Below the pieces are notes generated by a model. The model saw only the letters and a program-made list of their open reading frames with translations. It was not told the origin of the DNA and made no database searches. From the NCBI GenBank assembly GCA_964016885.1, contig OZ024741.1, positions 391,034,001 to 391,098,000 on the forward strand: 64,000 bases of DNA. Direction: 5' to 3'. The translations under genes were made by a program, and so were the position numbers. Numbering within the stretch: position 1 is the stretch's first letter; each line of letters begins with the position of its first letter. Positions 41,180 to 62,032 of the stretch are shown here, piece after piece. The stretch is from Eledone cirrhosa. Taxonomy: Eukaryota.

Positions 41180-41660
41180 ATTTTAGTCTACGACTTCAGT
41201 TATACCATTTACGTGGTTTTGTCTTTGCGTGCAATTGTTCTCCCCGCTCCACATATGACGTATTATCTTAGTTTTTTCCGTTCATTGCCAGAGAACGTCT
41301 CTATGAACCACCTAATAGAACATTAGTCTACGACTTCTTTTATACCATAAACGTGGTTCTGTCTTTGCGTGTAATTGTTTTTCACCGCTCCTATTAATGA
41401 CGTATTATATTCGTTTTTTCCCCTTCTTTGCCAGGGAACGTCACCATGAACCAAAGTATCGTCTTCCTGTCTTCCTCCGGTTGCAACGTTTTAGGAAATA
41501 TCCACTTCTGCGTTTACAGATTGACTTTGTTAGTTTCAGAAGATCCCGTTAAGGGTGAAAGCAGCGATTCTTTGCTTAAACTTTAATCTGTTATTTTAAT
41601 AAATATTTGCTCTACGGTTCTTATGTATTTGATATATATTTTCCTTATCGAGCCCTCTTT
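41180..41660 (+). repeat. Repeat with a ~140-bp tandem duplication and a hammerhead-like motif also carried inside Helitrons
   Basis: TTAGTCTACGACTTC at ~41183 and ~41323; AGTTT-CAGAAGA-TCCC..GGGT-GAAA-GCA..TGC-TT-AAACT matches 49256 and 1362-1415(-). Confidence 0.6.
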
Positions 41661-41904
41661 GGATTTTAGTCTTCAAATTTATTATTATTACTATATATAT
41701 ATATATATATATATTAGTAAAAGGAAAAGAAAATGCTGACAAATTGTTCCAAGTGAAAAATAATTTAATTGGGAATAAGTAAAAATTAGTAATAAGTATT
41801 GGTTAGTATTCAGTTTTAGTTTTAAGTTTTTACCGGTTGCGCATTTCTAATGCTTTTCAAAAATAATTTTGAGATAGAGCACCCGTGATGTTTGCTCTAA
41901 TCTG

Positions 41905-42710
41905 CTCTACCAGTCTGTTCGGTAGGACCTTCCGCCCAGGACCGATGGACAACTTCCAAAAGTCCCTGGCCTAGCAGTGCTACCGAGGAGCTCTACCAGT
42001 TCGAGACAAGCTCTACAGACATGGGCGCCCGGGCAGGGACCCTGCAAAAAAGATCTGTCCGAGGTGCGTGCGAGACGAAGAAACCGTCGCGCACGCATTC
42101 ATACACTGCCCGGGCGTCACTGACCTGTGGGGCTATGTAGAACGATTATTGTCGCGGGTGGGACCAATCCAGTTGACCACCGAGTCCATTGTCATGATCA
42201 AACCGCCACCCTCCTTCAAAAACGAAGGAGAGGCGGTTTTCCTTTGTGTGATAGCTATGGCGAAAGAGGTTGTATGGTGGACAAGGTTGAAAGGGCTGAG
42301 GTCAGACACCTTTCTCTCCGGCCAACAACTGATTCTTTTTTTCAAATACCACTTTGGAAGAAGAATCAGGATGGAGAGAGAGGTGCTGTACCCCAGCAAG
42401 TTTTATGAAAGGTGGGTGAAAGTGGCGAGAATGGCCCGAGTGAATGGGCCTTCTCTCTATATCAGCCTGTAGGTTGAGGAAAAGGAGGAGGAGAGGAAAG
42501 GAGTACAAGCTCTTCGTACTCCTGGAGATGAGGGTTGCACATTTTTTTTCGGGGGTATGTGTTACCCATATAAACTGTCTCCCTCTATTGGGGAAAATCG
42601 ACTAACTTTTTAAATTCCATTTGTGATAACATTTTACACGTTTTTATTGTATGTAAACTTCCCCCTTTGTATTTGTCCCCTTCTTTTGTGCCCCTGTGGC
42701 TAATAAAGAA

Positions 42711-42712
<2 letters not shown>
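41905..42712 (+). mobile_element. Tx1/L1-like LINE 3' end
   Basis: GALPVRDKL..CPRC...EETVAHAFIHC zinc finger; AATAAA at ~42702 followed by (TCTA)n. Confidence 0.8.
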
Positions 42713-42770
<58 letters not shown>

Positions 42771-42781
42771 GTCTGTCTGTC

Positions 42782-42880
<99 letters not shown>

Positions 42881-42898
42881 GTACTTATACATATAGTG

Positions 42899-43006
42899 AA
42901 GGCGCGTGGCTGAGTGGTTAGAGAAGTGGATTCGCAATTGTGAGGTTGTGAGTTCGATTCACGGACCAGGCGATGTGTTATGTACTTGAGCAAGACACTT
43001 TATTTC
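42899..43006 (+). mobile_element. tRNA-derived SINE head
   Basis: TGGCTGAGTGG A-box, GAGTTCGATTC B-box, TTGAGCAAGACACTT core-like motif. Confidence 0.7.
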
Positions 43007-43075
43007 TATACATATATATCTATATATATACATATATATATATATGTACATATACATATATATACATATATGTAC

Positions 43076-43106
<31 letters not shown>

Positions 43107-43480
43107 TGTGCATGTACTTATATACATATATATATATATATGTACATATACACACACATATATATGTACATAAACATATATATATATGTACATATACATA
43201 TATACATATATATATGTGTATATATATATATGTACATATACTTATATACATATATATATATATGTACATATACTTATATACATATATATATGTACATATA
43301 CTTATATATTTATATATATATATATGTACATATACATACACATATATATATATACATATATATATACATATAATATATATATATACATATAATATATATA
43401 TTATAGTTATGATGCTTCCATAGGCGGTATGCCGGTTGAGAACTCTATATTCTTACAGAGCAGAGTATGATATAATATAA

Positions 43481-43623
43481 AACGAAAAATCACTGATGCA
43501 TCTGAACTCAATTTATTGTGTGTTACAAACCTGCAGACCGAATGATCGTGTCTCGAGCTGTCCGCCGGTGAAACAATTGTAACACACAATAAATTGAGTT
43601 CAGATGCATCACTGATTTTTCGT

Positions 43624-43624
<1 letters not shown>
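43481..43624. repeat. Inverted repeat with ~47-bp arms
   Basis: ACGAAAAATCA..GTGTGTTACAA / TTGTAACACAC..TGATTTTTCGT. Confidence 0.8.
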
Positions 43625-43665
<41 letters not shown>

Positions 43666-43869
43666 CGTTTAAATTTGGTGTTTAACCACTGGGTAGAATT
43701 GATCATTATACAATGTTAATCATGGAGCAATATGAGAAAAGAAAAGCACTCGACGTTATGCAATTCATGCATCTTCGATGTTGAATCATGTTGGTGGTGC
43801 GGAAACGGAGTAAATGTATTATAAAGTGAAATGACAGGAGGCCAAATATGTTGAATTTCTCTAATTATT

Positions 43870-44460
43870 TATTTTTGCAAATAGTATACACATTTCAGTG
43901 GCCAGGTTGCTTAAGTACCCGGTGACATCTTCAGGTGTAAACTGCGTAATAGATGTCTATTCATGCGTCTTGTCTCCCATCAAACATGACATTTATAACT
44001 TTGAATGCAATAAATAATATATCTGTGCTCTTACTTAGTTGAGCTGTTAATATGTTGAGAGGTTAGGCTGCTATTTAGTTGTGAAACCTTTTCACGTCAC
44101 TGCAGACGGCGACAGCGTGCGTTGGTTTTTTTATGATACCATGTGCTTCTCTCGTCGTCTTCAGTTCTGTATGTTAACATGTGTAAGTTTAGGTAGATCG
44201 ATACCCTCACTGAAGGTCCAGATCGATTGTCTAACTACACCGATATTTGGTGAAACGTATTCATGATTTGTGAAGGATACATATGAGGCAAATATATATG
44301 ATTTTTATCAGGTATCTATATTTTGAATTTTTGTTGAATTTTAATATGATACTGTAACGAACTATGAATTCTTACATTCTATACAGATTGTTTCTTGTTA
44401 AAGTTTGATATGTTCTTGTGTGTAAGTTTATATCACTAGGTGTTTATTTACGTATTTATG
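43870..44460 (-). mobile_element. Possible decayed PLE 3' fragment with a hammerhead-like motif (~43883-43940)
   Basis: Minus strand CTGAAGA-TGTCACCGGG..CCTGGCCACT-GAAA-TGTGTA-TA; upstream coding signal is weak. Confidence 0.35.
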
Positions 44461-44589
44461 CCATTCACATTTTTGTAATGATATATATAGGAATTGTAAC
44501 GTCCAGTTACTGTAGGTTCACCAGAGTGAGCACTCAATGCGTAGTTTCCAGTAAGTATAGAGGTGTAGTACTAAGCAGTGTGTAATAAT

Positions 44590-44760
44590 AATTGTTGCTT
44601 CTATTGGCACAAGGCCAGCAATTACTCAGTGCATTACTGGTGCTTTAGTTTATCGACCTTGGAAGGATGAAAGATAAAGTTAACCTCGGCGGGATTTGAA
44701 CTCAGAACGTAAAGGGCCATAAATCTACGCTGCAAAGCATATTGTCTGACGCCCTACCGA
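44590..44760 (-). mobile_element. tRNA-derived SINE
   Basis: Reverse complement of the 40979 family. Confidence 0.7.
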
Positions 44761-45004
44761 TAATAATAACAAAAAGACCCATTTGTTATGTCTTCATTGC
44801 ATTTATTGAGTAGTGACGCGCGTTTCGCCATTGATCAGCTCAAGGTTCGGTCTGCATCGATCTGGCCGAACTCTGGAATCAAAAGCTTGTCGGACTATAT
44901 ATATATATATATATATATAATGTAGGAGGTGAGTTATGTTGTAGAACAATAAAACTATGCATATATCAGATAAGTAGCACTCAACAGTTGGTAGAACTGG
45001 AGTA

Positions 45005-45178
45005 TATATAGAAGAAATTAAAAGATGGTTAAAAAAGTTCCTTATATTTTATTATGCGCATTTCAAAAACAAATATCATCCTGGGACGATAATTGCGTTC
45101 TCATCAGATATTTGTTTTTGAAATGCGCATAGTAAAATATATGGAACTTTTTTAACCATCTTTTAATTTCTTCTCTCT
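45005..45178. repeat. Inverted repeat with ~70-bp arms
   Basis: AGAAATTAAAAGATGGTT...AAACAAATATC / GATATTTGTTT...AACCATCTTTTAATTTCT. Confidence 0.8.
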
Positions 45179-45508
45179 ATATATATGTATAATGTTTAAT
45201 ATAGAAATGGCTTCCACAGGACTAGTACTGTTTCATTCGAAGGAAATCATAAGGAAAGCCAACTGTCATTGTGATCTGGTGGTATTTATACGTTTTCTGG
45301 TGGTAGGGGAAGGAGGTGATTGAGATGGGTGGATCATTGGCCAAGGGATTTTAAGAAGAGGGATTCTTTGAAAAAATTATTTTTAGAGAAATATACACAG
45401 TAATACAAAGGCAAATGTAAAAAAGCATTAACACTAAGTAACTATAGACAAACACATACTTACGGACACCCACACCTATTTTAAGGTTCAGGCGTATATA
45501 TATATATA

Positions 45509-48065
<2,557 letters not shown>

Positions 48066-48067
48066 AA

Positions 48068-48436
48068 TCTACTATATAAATGGCATGTTCTGACTGTGTA
48101 TCTGTATATATGTGTATAACCAGTTGGTGTCTACACCAGTGATCTGATCATGATGAAACTTTACACACATGTTAAGGTAATATTCAGAAACAGGACTGGC
48201 TTTTAATGAAAATCAATAATGGAACCCATGGGAACATCTTTACAATGGAGGAGAAAGAGAAGACGTTTCAGTGAGAGAGGGGGAAGAGAAGATACTACTA
48301 CTGTATGTTAAATCTCCCTCCCACTACTACCCTTCCTCCTCCCACAACCCAGTCCTCCAAAACGAGGCAACAACTTATTAGAAATAAAATGCGCGTTCTT
48401 GATTGTTCTGCATTCTGTAGAGAAAGAAAGAGAGGG

Positions 48437-48480
<44 letters not shown>

Positions 48481-48624
48481 TATGAGAAAAAAGAGAAAGG
48501 GGGATGAGAAAGAAAGAAAGAGAGTGAGGGTGATTGGAGAGGGAGAAAATAATAGCAGCGTTTGATAACTTTAACTTTTACTTATATGAGCAGAAAAACC
48601 ACCCACTGGGTGGTTTTCTGCTAG
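48068..48624 (+). mobile_element. Possible non-autonomous Helitron
   Basis: 5' TCTACTATATAAA; 3' hairpin CAGAAAAACCACCCAC/TGGGTGGTTTTCTG + CTAG. Confidence 0.45.
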
Positions 48625-48791
48625 CATGTGTAATGTGCATATTGATATTATACGCAAGTATATATGCATGTAGATATGACACATCAAACAAAATCGTAAT
48701 TGACAATATACACAGATATTGAACGAAGACTGCATTATACTGTCTTATGTAATCAGTAACGTAATCCATGATACATTAAAAAAAGACGATA

Positions 48792-50259
48792 TCTATACAT
48801 ATATATAAAACTGAAATTTTCTGTGTGTGTGTGTCCTAATTTTTGAAAAGTCTATACAAATCCACATTTCTACTCCGATTGACTTCAAACTTGCATTTAT
48901 ATATTCCTTGCGGTCTAAAGATATTAATTGCAGCTTTTATTTTTCAATTTTCTGTTGTTAAAGGGGTGTTAGGCGCCGGTTAGCGATCTCTCTCTCTCTC
49001 TCTCTCTCTTTCTTAGTCTGTATTTTTAGATAGATACATAGCTATAACGTCGCCCCCTTATAATATCTGTATGTATGTCGGCTGTCTACATTACAACATT
49101 ATGAAAACATTGTTCTCATTGCTGACGTAATATCTTCGCTATTTTCTGTTCATTGCCAGGGAACGCCTTCACCAACCAAAGTATCGTCTTCCTGTTTTCC
49201 TTCGGTTGAAACGTTTTTCGAAATATTTACTTCTGCGTTCACAGATTGATTTTTTTAGTTTCAGAAGATCCCGTTAAGGGTGAAAGCAGCGATTCTTTGC
49301 TTAAGCTTTAATCTGTTATTTCAATATATATATATAATTATATATTCGTGTACAGATATTTTTGCATACACAAAAACAAAATATAAACAAACGTATTTAT
49401 TTCACGAAAGCACAGACGGCTTATCGTCATTGTTACTGCCGATATGCCACCCAAAAAGTCCCACTACTTTTGGCACAAAGCCAGCAATTACATAGTCAAC
49501 GGTTCGGAAATCACATGCATCACTGACGAGTTTGCTCCTTACTCTAACAGTTAGTCTTAGTGTACTTCATCCTGCTTTTAGGTCATGCCTCGAAGGAAGA
49601 GATACTCCATTGGCCGAAATACTGCGAAAGCGGCAAGAAAAAGAACAAGGCGGGCAAACGAATCGTCAGTGGAATCTGCTATTCGACGGTCGTAAGATGC
49701 TGAACGTACTGCCACCAGAAGAGCACTTGAAACAGACAACCAACGAACCATTCGCCGAACCGTGTCAGCTTTGTATTGTCTATCAACAAATCCCAGGGTC
49801 AGACCCTAGCTGTTGCTGGTCTTCTTTTGGAAGAGTCAAGTTTTTTACACGGGCAACTATACGTTCGTTGGTTACTCAAGAGTGGGAAGCAAGACAAATC
49901 TCTTTGCCCGACACGGAAGAACAAGAAACATTGTGTACAAGGAGGTGCTACAATCATTGTTTAGGTAGACGAGACAGCAGGGGATATACATGATTGGCTG
50001 AAGAAGGACGAGACTATGTTAGTAGTACGACCAATGGCTGCTATCACACCAACAGCAGCAAAAACAACAACAAAAAAGAGAGGGAACGCAATTACATGCT
50101 TTTGAAAAATCTTAATGGAAAATTATTTGCCTAAGCACAAAATGTAGACACCATCCCCAGGCCGAGGTATTCCGTACTTCTCTGTACTGTTTCAGAAAGG
50201 AGGGATAAACATGCCAATCTATGTTTAGAAGCCCGAGTAACGCCGGGCCATTCTGCTAG
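48792..50259 (+). mobile_element. Helitron with a helicase remnant
   Basis: 5' TCTATACATATATATAAAACTG; SINKSQGQTLAVAGL..HGQLYV at 49776-49865; 3' hairpin CCCGAGTAACGCCGGG + CTAG. Confidence 0.85.
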
Positions 50260-50610
50260 TTATATATAAACTGCATTAGGAGAAAATTAGTGACGGAAAT
50301 ATATGAATGTTTATTTAAGCGATCGCTAACCGGAAGTGTTGACATTTGAACATTTTAAAGAAGTGAATCTTAAAATAACAACAATAGTATTTATATTTAA
50401 TCAAGAATAACGAAATTTAGTAGATAAATTATGTAATATTTATTCATTATCTATTCAAAGTAATCCAACTTATTTTACAAACGGAATAAAAAAATATATT
50501 CTGGACGCAGTCCCGCACTCCTTACTTTATTATAGTTTAGATATTCTTTACACACTGTTTCCTCAACCTTACGCCTCTTTCTCTCTCTCTTTCACACAAG
50601 ACGTACTGTG

Positions 50611-50702
<92 letters not shown>

Positions 50703-51723
50703 TGTGTGTGTCTGTGTGTGTCTGTGTGTGTAGTGTTTGTATCCGAGGAAGTTACAATATCCGCACGCACACACACACACACAAACACGCATCTCTCTCT
50801 CTCTATATATATAACCATATTTACATTATATATATTTACATATAACCACATTTACATTGTTCAAACATTTTTTTATTAGCTTGAAAAAAACATATATAAA
50901 TTATAAAATATGGATTAATAAATAATAATTAATAGTTTAATAATACATAGACTATCATTAAAAGTAAACTATATATATCAGAATAATTAAATATAGAAGT
51001 AAATATATTAAATGAAATAAAATCTATTAAATGAAATAAATTCATTAAATGAAATAAAATTTATGGAGAATAAATATAACCACATTTGGATTCTAAGAAA
51101 TAAATGAAAATTAAAAAAATAACGAAATTTCACATAAAATGAATTTTAGATTTTAAATTAATTTAGATAATAAATGAACAAAATATATTATATATATTGA
51201 TGGGGATATATGCATTTTAATATATTTTAATACATATTTAATAGTTATTTAATTAGGCATTAAAGATAAACTGTTTTAAAGTTGTAGAATATCTTACCTT
51301 ATAATAAAACATTGTCATAATCTACAATGAGCTAAATTAAATTAAATTAATTTAAGCATATTCTCCCTTCTATTTTATCCTTTCCTTTTCTCTTTTTCTT
51401 CGTTTTTCTTTATTTCCCTTCTTGTTTCTTTTTTCTCACCGCATCTCCCATTTTCTTCTGCTTTTTATTCCCCTTCTTCTCTCTCTGGATCTTCTCTTTT
51501 TTCTTTTTCTTTTATTTATTTATTTAATTATTTCCCTTCTTTTTCTTCGCATCTTCAATCCCCCCCCCCTTCTATATTTCTACCTTGCCCTACGTCCTCT
51601 TCTTCTATAAGTTTATCATATTATTTGTGTATAAAAACGTTGAGGGTTGGTGAAATAAATCACTACCACTACTGGAATTGAATAATCAAAACCGTAGCGG
51701 TATGTCGCATATCCAATCTCATA

Positions 51724-51788
51724 TATTTTATCTGATGAAAACCTATTTAAACACCATTGTACCTTTGAAATATGTATAATAAAATATA
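51724..51788 (+). ncRNA. Hammerhead motif at the end of an AT-rich PLE-like 3' region
   Basis: TATTTTAT-CTGATGA...GAAA-TATGTA-TA-ATAAAATA; stem II decayed. Confidence 0.6.
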
Positions 51789-51829
51789 TATTTTGGTTAT
51801 GAGAATATTTTTCATTTATTAATATTTTG

Positions 51830-52690
<861 letters not shown>

Positions 52691-52839
52691 TTTATAATAA
52701 ATTGATGTGAAAACCAACAGGTGCATGTGTTTTTATTGGCAACATGACCCTCCCAAAGTATAACAACATCTGTTTCAACACACATTTTCAGATAAGAAAT
52801 CTTGCAAAACAAATTCAAAAACGAATTATATATATATAT

Positions 52840-57303
<4,464 letters not shown>

Positions 57304-58213
57304 CCACCAATTAATGGTAGGGTCCAAACCGTATGAAGAACTCTATGTAATCTGTATGTAGAAGATGTCGTGAAGCAAAGTTTAAAATACAAAATTTCAA
57401 CGATATAATTCATTGGAAGCAGAGTCAAAATAATACAAATAATGAAAACAATGAAATTAAACAAAATACGGGTAATTCATAGTAAAAACTCATTATTTTA
57501 CGATCGTTTCTGGGGGATAGTTCTCCGTATGTTCATTCTATTAGAAAGGAGTGTGGACTATGTTCCCAAGAAATTTTTGAAATTACTAAATCGAAAGACA
57601 TTCTATTAAATAAAAGACAAGAGTTAATTATCGCATGTAACCATAGAATTAGAAAGACATTCAAGTATTATAAATACAACTAAACAAATAGAGAAAAAAA
57701 TATACAAGAATATATATATATATATATATATTAGGTATAGGATCATCCATGATGTAGTAATGGTTAATTACTACACTGGATATGGTTGACGTCCGGTGAG
57801 AGGTTACTCTACGAGTTATGGAAGAATTGTTGAAGAAACTTAGTTCCTGATCCTTCTGTATTCCGGAGTGTATATAAAGAATGTCCTCTCTCTACCTCTC
57901 TCTCTACATCCATTACACTCTCTCTCTCACGCCTTTGGCCTACCTCCCTCTCCATATCTATGAACCTGCCCTCTGGGGCAATAAATAATTCCGACCTTAA
58001 CTATCAACGCATCTCTCCAAAAGTAACCAGTATAATAAAACCCTACCATAACATTTTGATTAAGATATCTACAAACCACTCTCTCCTACTTCTCCAACCC
58101 CTGCATATCTTTCTCTCTCTCTCTCCCTCTCCCCTACTTTTCTCTCTTCCTCTTCTACTCTATCTTCTCCAACAACCCCACTTAAGGGTATTTACATTGT
58201 ACATTTTACCATT

Positions 58214-58326
58214 CTGCTCTGAGGATACAGTGGTCATAGCATTGGATATTTGAGTTCTGCAAATAGTTGTAAATTTGCACATAGCATAACTAGGCTGTAG
58301 TACCACCGTGGAAACATTTGTAAGCA
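58214..58326 (+). ncRNA. Hammerhead motif with an extended stem II
   Basis: TGCT-CTGAGGA-TACAGTGGT...ACCACCGTG-GAAA-CATTTG-TA-AGCA. Confidence 0.65.
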
Positions 58327-58373
58327 CACGGAATAAATTACCTTTTTATGATGTCTACCTGTTATTATTCATT

Positions 58374-58425
<52 letters not shown>

Positions 58426-58431
<6 letters not shown>

Positions 58432-59392
58432 ATTTACATATATATATATAAAGTCACAGATATATATGTGGCAACCGTTCACGATGTGGCTCAATGAAGA
58501 ATTAATAAATTAAACAATCAGAGCAATATATCATAAATTATGTCCCTAGAATTATTAGATAAAATATATACAATTTCCTCTCCCAATTAGCATAATTAAC
58601 CATACAAAAAATCAATTAGACCAGGCTATAAGAATAAAGGCTCCTATGAAGAAATATTAGATAAATAACCGAAAGCAGGCTCTTCGCGGTGACCACAATA
58701 GAGTATTTACCCAACATTTCAACAGCATGTAGAAACTGACTAAATATACCGTCAACCATACACAATTAGGTGTAAATTTAAAGTTAGAAGAAACGTGTAC
58801 ATACCGTAATTACATCTCTACCATGGTTTCGTTCGTATTTTGAGATATCCTATTAAGGATAAATCTCGAGTATCGAACTCATCAGGAGACAAACTCAATA
58901 GGACAGTTAATTTTCCAAAGCGATCACGCCAGAAATAGATTAAAAAAGGCTAAGAATCGTGATGTGGCAGTGGTCAAGTTAGAAAGAATGTGGTTAGTTG
59001 CTTACGGCGAGTAGGCTGGTTGCTAGAATGCGCAGCCCTATATGGCCCAAATTGCATCTCAACCCAACGGGAGATTATTAAATATAAAGATTTACATATA
59101 TATATATAAAGTCACAGATATATATGTGGCAACCGTTCACGATGTAGCTCAATGAAGAATTAATAAATTAAACAATCAGAGCAATATATCATAAATTATG
59201 TCCCTAGAATTATTAAATAAAATATATACAATTTCCTCTCCCAATTAGCATAATTAACCATACAAAAAACCAATTAGACCAGGCTATAAGAATAGCCTGG
59301 TCTAATTGATTTTTTTGTATGGTTAATTATGCTAATTGGGAGAGGAAATTGTATATATTTTATCCAATAATTCTAGGGACATAATTTATGAT
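58426..59392. repeat. Direct (~210 bp) and inverted duplications around a minus-strand hammerhead (58814-58889)
   Basis: 58426-58635 resembles 59085-59293; 59294-59392 inverted; minus CTGATGA-GTTCG..CGAAC-GAAA-CCATGG-TA; related to 26068-26200 and 27770-27940. Confidence 0.7.
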
Positions 59393-59398
59393 TTATGG

Positions 59399-59504
<106 letters not shown>

Positions 59505-60391
59505 TGTGTGTGTGTGTGTGCGTGTGTGTGTGTGTGTGTATTTTTCTTGCTATTAGAATTACTCCATAGATTCAATCCTATATCTCATCCCTATAACTGT
59601 TTTAAATAATTAACTATTAATGAGCACTATATATTACATTATACTTAACACTCTAACAAAACTTTAACAGACATACATTTAAACCTATTATGAAAACCAG
59701 ATTATTAATGAGATTTCTTATTCGAAAATAAAATTCCCTACAGGTAAAACTTCATTCTGACTACTCTAACACAATACAATACTTACACAAATTTTATTAT
59801 TTTCTTACCTATATATTTTTTTTATCTACTTTTTACTTTTCTTTTGTTCCATCTATATTCCTGTACTTGTTCTATTTTTAGAACAAAGAAATAACAAATA
59901 TTTAGGATTGTTCTATACTATTCGACTAGATATAACATACTGATATCTGCACCCCTTTTCTCCCAACTTTAATCTTCCTTGACCGTCCATACTTTTCTAT
60001 ACAATCTGTCTAAATTGTTTTACACTCGCAACTTTCTTTTCTTAAAGGACATTCGATACCTCATCGCCTGACTGCTAATTTATTCATCTACTACTACCAG
60101 CTTAATGATCTATATTGCCCTTTCCTATTTTTACTATTGGTCAATCTCAACGTTGTTCTTAAAAGGTTACTTATTCATACATGTTTTTATATTCTTCAAT
60201 AAACAAAACTCATTACTTCTGAAGACGGCGGGTAGGGAAGACATATGTATATTTTCTTACTTTGATAATTTGTAATTTTACATAGATCACTAATAGAATG
60301 AACATACGGAGAACTCCCCCTCCCCCAGAAACGATCGTAAAATAATGAGTTTTACTATGAATTACCCGTATTTTGTTTAATTTCATTGTTT

Positions 60392-60464
<73 letters not shown>

Positions 60465-60814
60465 AGTGTAATTTTCTACACAAAACGAAGGTTATAGAGA
60501 AAATTGAGGTTGGTAATGGCACATGGAATATATAAGAGACAGAATACTTTTTTGTGAAAAAACATATAATTTTATAAGGTAAGGAAATAATAAAGGGTAT
60601 AAAAAATGACCGGTTTCGATGGGTCTGCAAAAGCCATCTTTTCAAATGTTGATTAATATTAAGAAAAATTAATAATACGAAGAGTTAAAATTTGAGATTT
60701 GAAAATTCAAGTATAAAATTCATTGTGGGATTTCATATTAGTTTTCATCTAGGTAGCAACAACAGGTTGACTGCTGTGTCCCTTTCTGGTAGTGAATGAG
60801 AAGTTATTTGGGGT

Positions 60815-62032
60815 GTGGGTTATTTTATCCTAAAAGAGATAAATGGAAAACTCACCATTCTGACAAAAAAACAGGATATACCCCAAACCACCACACCGAC
60901 TGACAACCAAATTTATTTAAACGTTCAAAACGTATGCAACTCCATCGAAAAACTTATGAATACCAACACAGAACAAACGACATTGCTCCATATCAAAAAC
61001 CAAATGGGACACCTCTGGAAAAAACATCTAAAAACCAGAAAATTCACTTTCTGGGATATGATAAAAAACCTCAACAAAGCTGGAATTTACCAAAAATGGA
61101 TTAACTCAACACCGATAGTTTTACCACGTAAATTCCAAATAAAGCATATTACAAACGAACCTGAACCAGAAAGAAAACTCCGTGAACAAATGTCACTCAA
61201 CAGGATAAACATGGAAATAGAACTCCTAAAATTAAGGGCCAACTCAAACGAGCAAGAGTATAAGGATACTGATAAAAATATGGAGGAAGAATGCACTAAA
61301 AAGGCCGAGGGAACAACCCTACAAAATTTAATCAAATCGTGGAAATAGGACTGCGAGAATGCAGAAACTATTTCCCTTAAACGGTGGGAAAAATCCGAAA
61401 ACTGGTTCCTCAAATATGAAGAAGACTTTAAAAGGACGCACCAAACAGGTAACCCCTTTATAAAGCATTTGAACATAACAAGAACTACAACAGACACATT
61501 TACACCACCAAACCCAACACACACTAACCACAGGCACATCCCCCACCAACACAAACCAAATACGGCCAACTACACCAAAAGAAACACACCCAACCACCAC
61601 AACACAGGTTTCCGTAGAAATGCCCCCTACATAAACCAACGACGAAATAACATAGATCCAACTCACAACACACACACCACATTCCTCAGAAGAAATCCAC
61701 CCAGACCACTTGAAATCACAACAGAACTTACCCACAACCACACCAGACATCACCCTCAATCCAACAAAAGACAACCCCCCAACCTCAACACTCTGTACCA
61801 CAGAAATAACGCACCCAGACCACATGAACCAACAACAGAACCCTTGCTCATCAACAACCACAACACATACCACCCCCACCATCACATTCACCCTCATGAA
61901 ACAACAAGCTACAGACCCACACGCAACAGACCAACAAAATATAATCACACACAAAACTACATTCCTTTTTTAGGGAAAAGCCTGAAATACCAGGATACTC
62001 GATGGCCCCCCCTCAGGAGAAACCAAAAATAA
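60815..62032 (+). pseudogene. Upstream ORF of a Neptune-like PLE (helical/coiled-coil then N/H/T/P-rich), one internal TAG at 61346
   Basis: ORFs 60815-61348 and 61469-62032 share a frame and the intervening codons are open; true start uncertain. Confidence 0.6.

Noticed and set aside
42899-42970. Functional tRNA gene here or at 8736-8807
   Set aside because: The stems are mismatched and both are embedded in repeat bodies; treated as tRNA-derived modules.
50285-50580. Possible promoter or first exon of the globin (CCGGAAGT motif, minus-strand GTAAGG donors)
   Set aside because: These short motifs are expected by chance; no independent support.
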